48,626 bases of DNA from Rickettsiales bacterium (GCA_028407765.1 JAOOJU010000003.1:1-48626), one strand, 5' to 3'. Positions 18,050-28,458 are shown, counted from the stretch's first letter. Translations and numbers: made by a program. The notes: generated by a model not told the origin, from the sequence alone.

Positions 18050-19224
18050 CTAAAATTAATTCTTTAAACCTTTTTTTCTCTGTTTTATCGCAATCAAGTT
18101 ATGGTGAGATTTTTATACTGCATAATAAAAAATCCATATTCCATTTTAATGCAAAAGGTCGAGGACCGAGAGCAATTGTTAATATTAAAGATTTCAAATG
18201 TATAGAAAATTTTTTTCTGAAGGGAGATTTAGGTTGGGCAGAAAGTTATATCCAAGGTTTTTGGGAGACTACAAACCTATCTGATTTTTTAGAATGGGGA
18301 GCTAAAAATTTTCATAGTTTTTCAAACTTTATTAGGGGTAAGTGGTACATAATTTTATATTTACGTTTTAAGCATTATTTAAATATGAATTCTAAAAAGG
18401 GTTCACAAAAAAATATAAAATTTCATTATGACCTTGGAAACGATTTTTATAAAAGCTGGTTAGATGAATCAATGACATATTCCTCAGCTATTTTTGAGGA
18501 TAGTGATCAAAAGTTATTTGATGCACAAATAAATAAATTTAAAAATTTATCAAACCTCTGTGATATTAATGCAAACGATAAAGTATTGGAAATAGGTTGT
18601 GGTTGGGGTTCTTTTTCAATTTTTTTGGCAAAAACAATAAAAGCAGACGTAACAGCAATTACTATTTCAAAAAAGCAATACCAAGTAGTACAACAAAGAG
18701 TTTTTGAGGAAGAATTAAGTGATAAGGTGAATGTTAAACTTTTAGATTACAGAGATCTAAAAGGTACATTTGATAAAATCGTCTCCATAGAGATGTTTGA
18801 AGCGGTTGGGGAAAAATATTGGTCATTATATTTTGAAATTTTAAAAAATAATTTAAAAAAGAATGGAAAAATTGGAATTCAAACTATTACTATTAAAGAT
18901 GATTATTTTCAAACATATAAAAAATTTCCGGATTTTATTCAGACATATATATTTCCTGGAGGCATGCTACCTTCAATAAATTCATTAAGAAATACTTTAA
19001 ATAGAACAGGATTAAAATTGATTGATAAGAACCTTTTTGGTCAGCATTATGCGAAAACCTTATCTCATTGGAAGAAATCCTTTGAACATTCTTGGCATGA
19101 GATAAAAAAAAATGGATTTGATTCCGATTTTAAAAGATTATGGCAGTACTATTTAAGTTACTGTGAAGGCGGGTTTAGGTCAGGAAATATTAATGTTGGT
19201 CAATTTTTAATTGGAAAAGAATAA
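18046..19224 (+). CDS. Cfa-family SAM-dependent fatty-acyl methyltransferase (UfaM-like)
   Basis: NI.FHYDLGNDFY..WLD.SMTYS, VLEIGCGWG, IVSIEMFEAVG, FIQ.YIFPGG.LP, YYLSYCEGGF. Confidence 0.93.
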   Translation: MTKINSLNLFFSVLSQSSYGEIFILHNKKSIFHFNAKGRGPRAIVNIKDFKCIENFFLKGDLGWAESYIQGFWETTNLSDFLEWGAKNFHSFSNFIRGKWYIILYLRFKHYLNMNSKKGSQKNIKFHYDLGNDFYKSWLDESMTYSSAIFEDSDQKLFDAQINKFKNLSNLCDINANDKVLEIGCGWGSFSIFLAKTIKADVTAITISKKQYQVVQQRVFEEELSDKVNVKLLDYRDLKGTFDKIVSIEMFEAVGEKYWSLYFEILKNNLKKNGKIGIQTITIKDDYFQTYKKFPDFIQTYIFPGGMLPSINSLRNTLNRTGLKLIDKNLFGQHYAKTLSHWKKSFEHSWHEIKKNGFDSDFKRLWQYYLSYCEGGFRSGNINVGQFLIGKE

Positions 19225-19227
19225 TCT

Positions 19228-20517
19228 TTGAAAAAGTTATCTTTATCAAAGTTAATTTACTGCTCGCCTGCTTTTTCATTTGCTATTCCAACATTTCCTG
19301 TAATGATCTTGTTGCCACAAATTTATGTGACAGATTATAACCTTGCTTTTGCAACAATAGGAAGTGTACTATTTTTAGCAAAAATTATTGATATGTTTTC
19401 TGATCCTTTAATGGGATGGGTATGTGATAAAAATTTTTTGTCAAAAAAAAGTTGGATAGTAATTGGAACATTTATATCTGGGATAGCCTTTTATAAATTA
19501 ATCTTACCTGATGTTATACCTGATGCAATTTATCTATTTGTTTGGATCTCTTTATTGTATTTTGGTTATACCGTGTTTCAAGTATCATATCTTTCCATAG
19601 GTTATGATTTAGAAATTGATTATGAAAAACGAAGTAAGTTGAGCGCGGGTAGAGAATTTTTTGTAATATTAGGATTACTTTCATCAGTTTCTTTACCAGT
19701 ACTATTTAAAGACATTACAATAGCATCAGAGTTATTCCTTTTGTATTTAGCTCTTTTCTCTGGCTCGATCACAATACCTATGTTTTTGATGTTTATTAGA
19801 GAAACAAAAGGTGAAACATCAAAAGATTTAAAGTTTAATAACCTTTTAGTTGAACTCAGGGAAAATGAATCTCTATTTAAACTTTTAATTCCATGGTTCT
19901 TAAATTGTCTTGCAAACGCTTTTCCAATGCTGTTATTTGTCTTCTTTGTTACTTCAATTTTAAATGGAACAGAAGAAGAAAAAGAGCTAATTTTATTTTT
20001 ATATTTTTTATCGGCTTTACTTGGTATGGCATTTTGGGTTCTTCTCATAAAGTATATTGAAAAGAAAGATATATGGCGTTTATCAATGACCATTTCTTCC
20101 CTGGTGTTTGTTTTTGTTTTTTTCTTAGAAACTGGTAATATAATATATTTTTTGATTATTTCCTGTTTGACGGGTTTCTGTCTAGGGGCTGACTTGGCAA
20201 TTCCTCCCTCAATGCTTTCTGATGTAACAGATTATCATAAAAAAAAATTTAAAAGCGATATATCAGGGTTATTATTTTCCATGCTGATATTAATAAATAA
20301 ACTAACATTTGCTCTTGCAACGCTTGTTGCCTTTAGTATATTGGATTATTTTGACTATAATGCGGAAAAAACATCATCTGAAAATGCAAAATACATTTTA
20401 GTTTTTATGTATGCAGGTGTGCCAATAACATTAAAACTGATAATTGTGAATAATTTAAAAAAATTTTCCTTATCTAAAAAAGAGATGGCTAAAATCAGAG
20501 AAAATCTTTATGGTTAA
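19228..20517 (+). CDS. MFS transporter (GPH/MelB-like)
   Basis: About 12 hydrophobic segments, D.FSDPLMGW..D, Y.KRSKL...RE, LGADLAIPPSM..DV; TTG start. Confidence 0.88.
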   Translation: MKKLSLSKLIYCSPAFSFAIPTFPVMILLPQIYVTDYNLAFATIGSVLFLAKIIDMFSDPLMGWVCDKNFLSKKSWIVIGTFISGIAFYKLILPDVIPDAIYLFVWISLLYFGYTVFQVSYLSIGYDLEIDYEKRSKLSAGREFFVILGLLSSVSLPVLFKDITIASELFLLYLALFSGSITIPMFLMFIRETKGETSKDLKFNNLLVELRENESLFKLLIPWFLNCLANAFPMLLFVFFVTSILNGTEEEKELILFLYFLSALLGMAFWVLLIKYIEKKDIWRLSMTISSLVFVFVFFLETGNIIYFLIISCLTGFCLGADLAIPPSMLSDVTDYHKKKFKSDISGLLFSMLILINKLTFALATLVAFSILDYFDYNAEKTSSENAKYILVFMYAGVPITLKLIIVNNLKKFSLSKKEMAKIRENLYG

Positions 20518-20543
20518 ATCAAATTTTTTTTTAGGTAACATTT

Positions 20544-21071
20544 ATGAAAAAACTTATAATACTTATCTTGCTGTTTGTAATCAGCGGTTGTGCAAAAGAA
20601 ATGAATATAGATAAATTTGTTAACAATAAACCTGAATTAATTCTTGAAAACTACTTTGATGGTAAAGTTGAAGCTTGGGGATTATTTCATGATAGATTCG
20701 GAAATCTCAAGAGACAATTTAAGGTAAGTATAATTGGCACTAGAAAAGATGATCAGATCATTTTAGATGAGAATTTTCTATATGATGATGGTGAGAGAGA
20801 CCAGAGAATATGGACTATAGATATATTGGGAAATAATAAATATAGAGGTAAAGCAGACGATGTTGTAGGTATAGCAAGTGGTGAGTCAAAAGGTAACGCA
20901 CTTAATTGGAAATATGAATTATTACTAAAAGTAAAAGATAAAAAGATAAAAGTGAGTTTTGACGATTGGATGTTCCTTCAAGAAAAGGGTGTGCTTTTAA
21001 ATCGTGCTGAAGTAAACAAGTTTGGATTAAATCTAGGTATTGTTAGTATAACATTCTTAAAAATTGAATAA
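20544..21071 (+). CDS. DUF3833 family lipoprotein
   Basis: Lipobox ISGC; YF.G...AWG.F.DR.G...RQF.V, LDE.F.Y.DG....R.W, FDDWM.L. Confidence 0.92.
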   Translation: MKKLIILILLFVISGCAKEMNIDKFVNNKPELILENYFDGKVEAWGLFHDRFGNLKRQFKVSIIGTRKDDQIILDENFLYDDGERDQRIWTIDILGNNKYRGKADDVVGIASGESKGNALNWKYELLLKVKDKKIKVSFDDWMFLQEKGVLLNRAEVNKFGLNLGIVSITFLKIE

Positions 21072-21072
21072 T

Positions 21073-21471
21073 TTATTTGTGGATTTTTTTAAACAAAAAA
21101 CCAATTAAAGGTATTTCACAATAAAAGTTCTTCCCACTATCCCAATAATCAATATGTTTGATTATAAGATTATTTTTAATCTCAATTTCACTCACACCCT
21201 TAAAAGAAAATTTTTTCTTGTAAGTCCCAGAAAATGACCATTTGATGAAGAATACTGATTTATTTTGAGAAAAATTAATTATTTTAAATTTTGGATTTTT
21301 AATTTTTTTTAAAATATCATCAAAAAGACTTTTAAACTCTTTTTTACCTTTAATACTATTAAAAGGGTCTGAAAAATAAAAGTCTTTATCAAGGTATTCC
21401 ATGATTTCTTTTGCAGATGAAAGATTTATGTTTTCATAACATTTTATATATTTTTGAACTATTCTATTCAT
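21073..21471 (-). CDS. SnoaL-like / NTF2 family protein
   Basis: F.DPFN...G, G.S, H.DYWDS, E.P..G. Confidence 0.88.
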   Translation of the reverse strand: MNRIVQKYIKCYENINLSSAKEIMEYLDKDFYFSDPFNSIKGKKEFKSLFDDILKKIKNPKFKIINFSQNKSVFFIKWSFSGTYKKKFSFKGVSEIEIKNNLIIKHIDYWDSGKNFYCEIPLIGFLFKKIHK

Positions 21472-22241
21472 TTTGGAGGTAATTTGACTGCATTATTTAG
21501 TATCTTACTCATGATAAAAAAGTAGATTCTGTATGGTAGTATACTCAATATTTTCATCGGAATTATTAATCTTTTCGGAAAATAAATTTCAAAATCGGAA
21601 GAGAATAATTTTTCATATATTCTTTTAGCTGCTTTCTGTGACGTCATTAAGAACGGCATCGGAAAGTTATTCTTGTCTGTCATTGGTGTTTTTATAAAAC
21701 CAGGATGAATAACTTGGACTTTTATTTCTGTTTTTAAGAGTTCTAAGAACATTGATTCTGCCAAGAATGTTAATGCTGATTTTGTTATTCCGTAAATCCC
21801 TGCATTGGGTAAACCTTTAAATCCTGCTGGTGATGATACAAAGACAATATGACCTGAGTTTCTTTTCTTCATAGATGGTAAAATAGAACTTATACAATTC
21901 ATTTGGCCCATTAAATTAGTATCCATTACATCTTTGATTTTTCTTAGGTTATTAAAGTTTAGATGCCCAGGGTTATAAGCCGCAGCATTAAGAATAATTA
22001 AGTCAATTTTATTGAATCTTTTCATTATTTTCATTGCAATATTTTTACAGGAAATTTCTGATGTAATATCAAGTTTGAATAAAGAAATCTTTTCTTTATT
22101 ATATTTCTTAATTTGACGTAATTTATCCTCTCTTCTCCCACTTATTGATACATTCCAACCATTATCAACCAGTATTTTAACTAACTCAGCACCAATTCCA
22201 GTGCCTCCACCCGTCACCCATGCTACTTTATCTTTTTTCAT
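21468..22241 (-). CDS. Short-chain dehydrogenase/reductase
   Basis: WVTGGGTGIG, YGITK catalytic motif, PGFIKTPMTDKN.FPMPF. Confidence 0.93.
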   Translation of the reverse strand: MKKDKVAWVTGGGTGIGAELVKILVDNGWNVSISGRREDKLRQIKKYNKEKISLFKLDITSEISCKNIAMKIMKRFNKIDLIILNAAAYNPGHLNFNNLRKIKDVMDTNLMGQMNCISSILPSMKKRNSGHIVFVSSPAGFKGLPNAGIYGITKSALTFLAESMFLELLKTEIKVQVIHPGFIKTPMTDKNNFPMPFLMTSQKAAKRIYEKLFSSDFEIYFPKRLIIPMKILSILPYRIYFFIMSKILNNAVKLPPK

Positions 22242-23022
22242 GATATTTATCTAAGAAATACTCGATTTCACTTCCATCTTTTACAAAAATCATTTTAACC
22301 CAATTTTCTTTATTATCATACCAAATATCGATATTAACATCTTCACCTGAAGATTCTTTGCCTTTTAATTTATATCTATCTGTCTCTAGTAAGTTATTAT
22401 AAATTTTTTCCTTACCTAAATTTTGAATTGTAAAATTAATTTTGCTACAATCCTGAGAATTAAAAACTATTTTTCTTTTTATAAGATCTGTCTCATTAAT
22501 TATCAGTGACTTTTTATTATATTCTCTTGTTACAAGTTGAAAATTCCAATAGCTTGTTGGAAAGGTATAGATATGAGAAAATGATGGTACGCTATTTTGA
22601 CTCCCTATCGCTGATAGTAAGTTAACACTTTCCTTTTTGTTTCTTTCAATTTTACAAGAGAATTCTGATCCATTTTTATTTGTTACTGAGTCAAGATATA
22701 ATAGCACTCTTAGATTAGTACATTTTTTACAAACATCACTTACTAATTCATTAGGTATTATTTCCCATATCTCGTTATTGGAGTGCTTATAGTTATATAC
22801 TGAAAAACCTAGGAACTTGACATCGAAATTTATTTCTATATTAGCTCTTATTTTACTTAACTCATTTTCGTTGGTTTCAAGAGAAAAATTTATTTTATGG
22901 AAACCAATTTTAGTGCCGTTTCTGTAAACATGAAAATATATATCCTCTGGGAGTAATATTCTACTGTAAGACTCCTTTGCAACTATTAACAAACAGACGA
23001 GAAAAAAAAAAAATTTCTTCAT
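22228..23022 (-). CDS. Exported protein, DUF6134-like
   Basis: Signal peptide; F.V.RNG..IG.H...F, VKFLG...Y.Y.H...E.W, PTSYWN, IWYD. Confidence 0.72.
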   Translation of the reverse strand: MKKFFFFLVCLLIVAKESYSRILLPEDIYFHVYRNGTKIGFHKINFSLETNENELSKIRANIEINFDVKFLGFSVYNYKHSNNEIWEIIPNELVSDVCKKCTNLRVLLYLDSVTNKNGSEFSCKIERNKKESVNLLSAIGSQNSVPSFSHIYTFPTSYWNFQLVTREYNKKSLIINETDLIKRKIVFNSQDCSKINFTIQNLGKEKIYNNLLETDRYKLKGKESSGEDVNIDIWYDNKENWVKMIFVKDGSEIEYFLDKYHEKR

Positions 23023-23025
23023 AAA

Positions 23026-23059
23026 TTTAGGTTGATTAAGTTTGTTTAACCAACCTAAA
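23026..23059 (-). terminator. Hairpin after the BI-1/YccA gene; possible terminator or mRNA stability element
   Basis: Minus strand UUUAGGUUGGUUAA-acaaac-UUAAUCAACCUAAA (14 bp with one G-U), followed by only UUU and then the next ATG. Confidence 0.55.
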
Positions 23060-23065
23060 AAATTA

Positions 23066-23800
23066 TTATCGTCTGTTCCCGAAGAGTTGAATGAGCATTA
23101 TAAATAAATTAATAAAGTCCAGATAAAGTCTCAAGGAACCCATTATAGCTTTTTTTCCTTGATTTGCATCACCTTCGAAATACATATTTTTAATTTGTTG
23201 TGTATCGTAAGCTGTTAAACCAGCAAAAACTAAAACACCAATAACAGAAATAGCAAATTGTAGGATACTGCTCGCCATGAATATATTAACTATTGACGCT
23301 ATAATGATACCTATTAAACCCATAAATAGAAATGAGCCCCATCCTGAAAGATCCTTTTTCGTGGTGTAGCCGTATAGACTTAACGCACCAAAAGAACCGG
23401 CAGTTATGAAGAAAACTCTCGCAACAGATTCTCCTGTGTACTGTATGAAAATACTACCAAGAGAAACGCCCATAACTGCAGCAAAAGACCAATACAATAT
23501 TTGCACTGTCGATTCTTTCATTTTATTAATTCCAAAGCTTATAGCTAGCATAAACCCAAGGGGTGCAAGAGCAATAATTAAACCTAAAGGGGAACCATAA
23601 ATAGATGAACCCAAAGGTGTGTATTGGTTTGTTTCAAAATTGAATGCTAATTGCGAAAACATGTGAGCGATAGTTCCAGTTAGAGCAAGTCCCACTGCCA
23701 TAAAAGAATAAACTTTATTCATGTAGGCTTTAAGCCCTAGATCAATGTCTGTCTCTGTTCTGACATTAGTACGAATATTTTTTTCAAAATCAAAAGCCAT
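23066..23800 (-). CDS. Bax inhibitor-1/YccA family membrane protein
   Basis: D.GL..YM..VY..MA.GL.LTG, YT..S.ARVFFITA, YGYTTK.DL, YDTQ.IK, LYLDFINLF; AGGAG SD upstream. Confidence 0.95.
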   Translation of the reverse strand: MAFDFEKNIRTNVRTETDIDLGLKAYMNKVYSFMAVGLALTGTIAHMFSQLAFNFETNQYTPLGSSIYGSPLGLIIALAPLGFMLAISFGINKMKESTVQILYWSFAAVMGVSLGSIFIQYTGESVARVFFITAGSFGALSLYGYTTKKDLSGWGSFLFMGLIGIIIASIVNIFMASSILQFAISVIGVLVFAGLTAYDTQQIKNMYFEGDANQGKKAIMGSLRLYLDFINLFIMLIQLFGNRR

Positions 23801-23905
23801 TAAAAATCTCCTAAATGTTATTTTGAAGCCAGTTTACAATATTATTACTGACTTTAATAGTATAAATATGTTACATTCTACTAAATTTCAACTCATTTAT
23901 AGAAT

Positions 23906-24946
23906 ATGAAGTATAAGAAGCTAGGTAACACTGAGATCGATGTGAGCCTTATATGTTTAGGAACAATGACATGGGGTGAACAAAATTCTGAGCAGGAGGC
24001 ATTTGCACAAATGGATTTTTCTTTGGATAAAGGAATTAATTTTTTTGATACAGCTGAGCTTTATTCTGTTCCCCCTAAAAAAGAAACATTTGGATCAACA
24101 GAAAAAATAATTGGAAATTGGTTCAAGGAAAGGAAAAATAGAGAAAAAATAATCCTAGCATCAAAGGTTGTTGGCCGGTCTGGGATGAAATGGTTTAGAG
24201 GTAAAGAGACAAGATTGAATAAAGAACAAATCTTGGATGCTGTTGAAGGAAGTTTGAAGAGGCTGCAGACCGATTATATAGACCTTTATCAAATACATTG
24301 GCCGGATAGAAAATCTAACTTTTTTGGAAAACTCGGTTACGAACATCACGAAGAACTAGATTTAATTAGTATTAAAGAACAATTAGAAACATTAAATAAT
24401 ATTGTTAAGAGTGGCAAAATTAGATTTATCGGACTTTCTAACGAAACACCTTGGGGATTAATGAAGTTTATTTCTTTAGCAGAACAATACAATTTGCCAA
24501 GGGTGGTTTCTATCCAAAACCCGTATTCTTTGTTAAATAGGAGTTTCGAGGTTGGTCTTGCAGAAGCATCGATCAGGGAAAAATGTGGACTTTTAGCTTA
24601 TTCTCCTTTGGGGTTTGGAATGCTGACTGGCAAATATGATGATGGACAAAAACCAAATGATGCAAGATTAACTCTTTTTGGTGATATGTTTACACGTTAT
24701 ACTAAACCAAAGGGTCGCAAAATAGCTTCAAAATTCAATGAATTAGCGAAACAAAATGGTCTATCCCCAGCACAAATGTCTTTATCTTATGTAAATAGTA
24801 GAGCGTTTGTAACTAGTAATATAATTGGTGCGACAACAATGGATCAGTTAAAAGAGAATATAGAATCTGTTGAAATAGAACTAAGTGAAGAAATTATCAA
24901 GGAGATTGAGAATATTCATCTACAAGATCCTTATCCTTGCCCTTAA
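23906..24946 (+). CDS. tas: NADP(H)-dependent aldo-keto reductase, Tas-like
   Basis: CLGTMTWGEQN, DTAELY.VPP, DLYQIHWPDR, GLSNETPWG, SIQNPYSLLNR. Confidence 0.9.
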   Translation: MKYKKLGNTEIDVSLICLGTMTWGEQNSEQEAFAQMDFSLDKGINFFDTAELYSVPPKKETFGSTEKIIGNWFKERKNREKIILASKVVGRSGMKWFRGKETRLNKEQILDAVEGSLKRLQTDYIDLYQIHWPDRKSNFFGKLGYEHHEELDLISIKEQLETLNNIVKSGKIRFIGLSNETPWGLMKFISLAEQYNLPRVVSIQNPYSLLNRSFEVGLAEASIREKCGLLAYSPLGFGMLTGKYDDGQKPNDARLTLFGDMFTRYTKPKGRKIASKFNELAKQNGLSPAQMSLSYVNSRAFVTSNIIGATTMDQLKENIESVEIELSEEIIKEIENIHLQDPYPCP

Positions 24947-25794
24947 CGGTTTTTTTTATGATAACTCTTCACCAAGAATGCAGAAAATAAAATAAAAATT
25001 GTCCCAATGAAGAAGTTTACATCAAGGTTTTCATTTAGTACTAAGAAACCTAATAAAAAAGAAAATAATACTCTTGTATACCCTGCAATTACGATAACAC
25101 TTGCTTCACCTGATTTATAACTCATTGTATTAAAAAACTGCCCTATTAAAGCTGTGATTGTTATCAAGGTTAGTGAAAGAAAGTCAGTAAAGTTGATTAG
25201 ACCAAGCTTTGTGTTAAATAGAACTAAACATATAAATGTTGAGAAAATTGAATGATAAAAGATAATTGTTATAGCTCTATGTTTTTTTATTAAAACTGAG
25301 GAACAGATAATTCCTCCTGCAACAAAAAAAGCCGAAATTATAGATAATGATGACCCATATAAGTTATTAAATTCTGTCGGATTTATTATTATAAAAATAC
25401 CAACAAAACCTACTAAAGATGAAATAAAAATATTTTTTCGTATTATTTCTTTTAAGAATAGAGTTGCCAAAATACTCACAAAAAAAACTTTTGTAAAACT
25501 TATTGTACTTGCTTGTGCTAGAGGAATTAAGTTTAGAGCAGAATAACCAAAGTACATAGCTATCGTCCCAAATAAAGCTCTAAGAAATTGAATATTTATG
25601 TTTTTTGTATAGAGGAGTTTTAAATCCTTTTCTTTAAAGATCACTATAAAAAAAATGATTACTGTTCCAAATAAACATCTATAAAAAACTATGTCTTCAG
25701 TGATTAATTTTTCCCCTAATATTTTTATCTCCATTCCCAGCACAGAGAAAAAAAACGAACTAATTATCTGCAAAGAAAAACTATTAACCTTCAT
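24943..25794 (-). CDS. DMT/EamA family transporter
   Basis: About 10 TMs; F.R, LRA.FG, IPLAQA..ISFT, L.E motifs. Confidence 0.88.
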   Translation of the reverse strand: MKVNSFSLQIISSFFFSVLGMEIKILGEKLITEDIVFYRCLFGTVIIFFIVIFKEKDLKLLYTKNINIQFLRALFGTIAMYFGYSALNLIPLAQASTISFTKVFFVSILATLFLKEIIRKNIFISSLVGFVGIFIIINPTEFNNLYGSSLSIISAFFVAGGIICSSVLIKKHRAITIIFYHSIFSTFICLVLFNTKLGLINFTDFLSLTLITITALIGQFFNTMSYKSGEASVIVIAGYTRVLFSFLLGFLVLNENLDVNFFIGTIFILFSAFLVKSYHKKNR

Positions 25795-25798
25795 AATT

Positions 25799-26647
25799 TT
25801 ACTTTTTTGCTATTAATATATTACAAACTATTAACCCTAAACCACCGATGAAAGTAATTGGGCTTACTTCTTCATTAAAAAAAAAGAATCCTATAATAGT
25901 AGCAAAAATAAGTTTTGAAAAATCAAAAGGCATTATATTTGTCATTTGAGAAATGCTAATTGCTTTAGTCCAACAAAAATTCCCAAGTGTACCTATTACA
26001 GCAAGTGAAACTAGAGATAACCATATTTGAATATCATTTGGTAATTCCCAAACAAAAATCGCAGGAATAAATGTTATTGGAGTCATAAATAATATCATAT
26101 AGGTCATAATGGAAAAGATTGATTCCGTTTTTGTTAGGTCTTTTACCATAAGACCTGCTATCGCATGAGTGATCGCAGCGAGTAGGGCTATTAATGTTCC
26201 AAATTGAAAAGATGAATCAGGTCTAATAATAATAACAGTTATTAAAAAACCTAAAATTAATCCAAAAAGGCTCATTGGAGTTGGTTTTTCCTTAAAAAAA
26301 AAGATACTTCCAAAGAAAATAAAAAGTGGGGTTGTAAAGCTTATAACCATAGCTTGAGACAGAGGAATTAAAGTATAAGACCAAAAGAGAAGTAACATTG
26401 TTATTCCTCCAAATAAGCTTCTAATGACTAAAAATTTTTTTCTTTCAGATTTTATAGATTTCCTTTTGCGAGAAAATAGTAAAATTGGAACAAAGAAAAA
26501 TATACAAAAAAAGTTTCTAAAAAAAGCTTGCTCAAATGGATGCACTGCATTTCCAATAAATTTTATGACACCACCTAGTAACGAAAAAAAAAAACAGGAT
26601 GCAATCATTAGGAATATTGGAGAATATTTTAGATTCATTTGTTGCAT
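25799..26647 (-). CDS. DMT/EamA family transporter
   Basis: HPFEQAFFRN, IPLSQA..ISFTTPLF, IIRP, PFDF.KLI.A..IG..FF.E. Confidence 0.9.
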   Translation of the reverse strand: MQQMNLKYSPIFLMIASCFFFSLLGGVIKFIGNAVHPFEQAFFRNFFCIFFFVPILLFSRKRKSIKSERKKFLVIRSLFGGITMLLLFWSYTLIPLSQAMVISFTTPLFIFFGSIFFFKEKPTPMSLFGLILGFLITVIIIRPDSSFQFGTLIALLAAITHAIAGLMVKDLTKTESIFSIMTYMILFMTPITFIPAIFVWELPNDIQIWLSLVSLAVIGTLGNFCWTKAISISQMTNIMPFDFSKLIFATIIGFFFFNEEVSPITFIGGLGLIVCNILIAKK

Positions 26648-26706
26648 TTTTTATTAGTAATTTCATGAACCCTTGCAATTTTGTTGGTATATGTGTAAAA
26701 AAAATT

Positions 26707-27237
26707 ATGGGTCATAAAAGAGTATATATTTTCAGGATTATTTTTGTATTCAATTTATTTTTTTGTCTTCTAAACTACAATGCTGTTCATTCAAAACAAC
26801 TTTTAAGTGTCAAAGACTGGAAAGCTTATTCAGAAGGAGAGGCAAAAAATAAGGCTTGTATGGTAGTTTCAAAACCATTGAAGCATGAGGGAAATTATAC
26901 AAAAAGAGGTGATATATTTGCTATTGTTACGCACTTACCAGGTCAAGAGAAATGGAATGAATTTAGCATTGTGGCAGGTTATAATTATAAAGCAGGAAGT
27001 AATCCAGATATCCAGATAGGTGATTTAAAGTTACAACTGTTTACATCTGGTTCTAGAGCTTGGAGTTTTAGTGTTAGGGATGACCTTAAGATCATAAATG
27101 CGATGAAGACTTCATTAAAGATGAAAGTTATTGGAACCTCCTCAAGAGGAACAATAACTACAGACACATATTCATTACTAGGATTCAGCAAAGCTTATCA
27201 AAGGATTAATGAAGAATGTAATAAGAAGAATAATTAG
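26707..27237 (+). CDS. Invasion-associated locus B (IalB)-like exported protein
   Basis: KDW.AY......C...S.P, RGD....VTH.P, GTSSRGT.TTDTYSL.GF..A...I...C. Start moved from 26599 to the in-frame ATG at 26707, which removes the overlap with the divergent gene and exposes a signal peptide. Confidence 0.82.
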   Translation: MGHKRVYIFRIIFVFNLFFCLLNYNAVHSKQLLSVKDWKAYSEGEAKNKACMVVSKPLKHEGNYTKRGDIFAIVTHLPGQEKWNEFSIVAGYNYKAGSNPDIQIGDLKLQLFTSGSRAWSFSVRDDLKIINAMKTSLKMKVIGTSSRGTITTDTYSLLGFSKAYQRINEECNKKNN

Positions 27238-27249
27238 ATCGTTAAAATT

Positions 27250-28458
27250 GTGAGTATAGAAAAAATTGATAAGGTAGTTTTAGCATTTTCTGGTGGATTA
27301 GATACATCCATAATTCTTAAATGGCTTCAAGATAACTATAAATTTGAAGTTATAGCTTTTACTGCTGATATTGGTCAAGGAATTGAAGTTGAAGAAGCAA
27401 AAGAAAAAGCAAAATTACTTGGTTGTAAGCAAATTTTTGTAGAAAATTTGACAGAGGTTTTTGTAAGGGACTATGTGTTCCCAATGTTTCGAGCTAATAC
27501 ACTTTATGAGGGTTATTATTTGTTAGGAACTTCAATAGCTCGACCATTAATTGCAAAAAGACAAATTGAAATTGCTGAAGAAGTCGGAGCTAAATATGTT
27601 TCGCATGGAGCCACAGGAAAAGGAAATGATCAGATAAGATTTGAGTTGGGGTATTATGCGAATAATCCTAAAATAAATGTTATAGCGCCTTGGAGGGAGT
27701 GGGAATTAAATTCAAGAAATTCATTATTAGAATATGCAAAAAAACATAATATTGAAGTTCCTAAAGATAAACTTGACTCTCCACCTTATTCAATGGACGC
27801 AAATCTATTACATACTTCTTATGAGGGAAAAGTTTTGGAAGATCCTTCAAAATCCTCAGAAGAAAGTATGTTTACAAGATCGGTATCCCCTGAGAATGCA
27901 CCAGATCAATCTAAAGAAATTTTGATTGAATTTAAGAATGGAGATCCAGTTAAAATTGACAATGAAACTTTGTCTCCAGCAAATTTACTAAAGAAATTGA
28001 ATAAAATTGGAGGTTCTAACGGAATAGGTAGAATAGATATTGTTGAAAATAGATTCATTGGGATGAAATCAAGGGGTGTTTATGAAACGCCTGGAGGAAC
28101 AATCTTGCTTATAGCTAGAAGGGCAATTGAAAGTTTAACTTTGGATAAAGGTGCTGCACATTTAAAAGATGAGATAATGCCTAAGTATGCTGAGTTAATC
28201 TATAATGGTTTTTGGTTCTCTCCAGAAAGAGAGATGCTACAATCTTTGATTGATAAGAGTCAAGAGTTTGTTAACGGAAAAGTATTACTAAAATTATATA
28301 AAGGTAATGTTGAAGTATTAAGTCGGTCATCTGATTATAGTTTGTATTCAAATGAAATGGCAACATTTGAGTCTGATGAAATCTACAATCAAAAAGATGC
28401 TCTTGGGTTTATCAAGTTAAATGCCCTTCGTCTTAAATTATTGAAGCAAAGATCCTAA
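27250..28458 (+). CDS. argG: Argininosuccinate synthase
   Basis: [41 protein letters not shown]; GTG start. Confidence 0.98.
   Translation: MSIEKIDKVVLAFSGGLDTSIILKWLQDNYKFEVIAFTADIGQGIEVEEAKEKAKLLGCKQIFVENLTEVFVRDYVFPMFRANTLYEGYYLLGTSIARPLIAKRQIEIAEEVGAKYVSHGATGKGNDQIRFELGYYANNPKINVIAPWREWELNSRNSLLEYAKKHNIEVPKDKLDSPPYSMDANLLHTSYEGKVLEDPSKSSEESMFTRSVSPENAPDQSKEILIEFKNGDPVKIDNETLSPANLLKKLNKIGGSNGIGRIDIVENRFIGMKSRGVYETPGGTILLIARRAIESLTLDKGAAHLKDEIMPKYAELIYNGFWFSPEREMLQSLIDKSQEFVNGKVLLKLYKGNVEVLSRSSDYSLYSNEMATFESDEIYNQKDALGFIKLNALRLKLLKQRS

Noticed and set aside
24943-26647. Tandem DMT genes as a recent duplication
   Set aside because: The proteins share only family motifs; tandem EamA paralogues are ordinary.
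26599-26706. N-terminal extensions given by the track for the IalB-like gene, and similarly for ccmG (36700) and ccmA (41272)
   Set aside because: They overlap neighbouring genes; downstream in-frame ATGs give family-typical N-termini.
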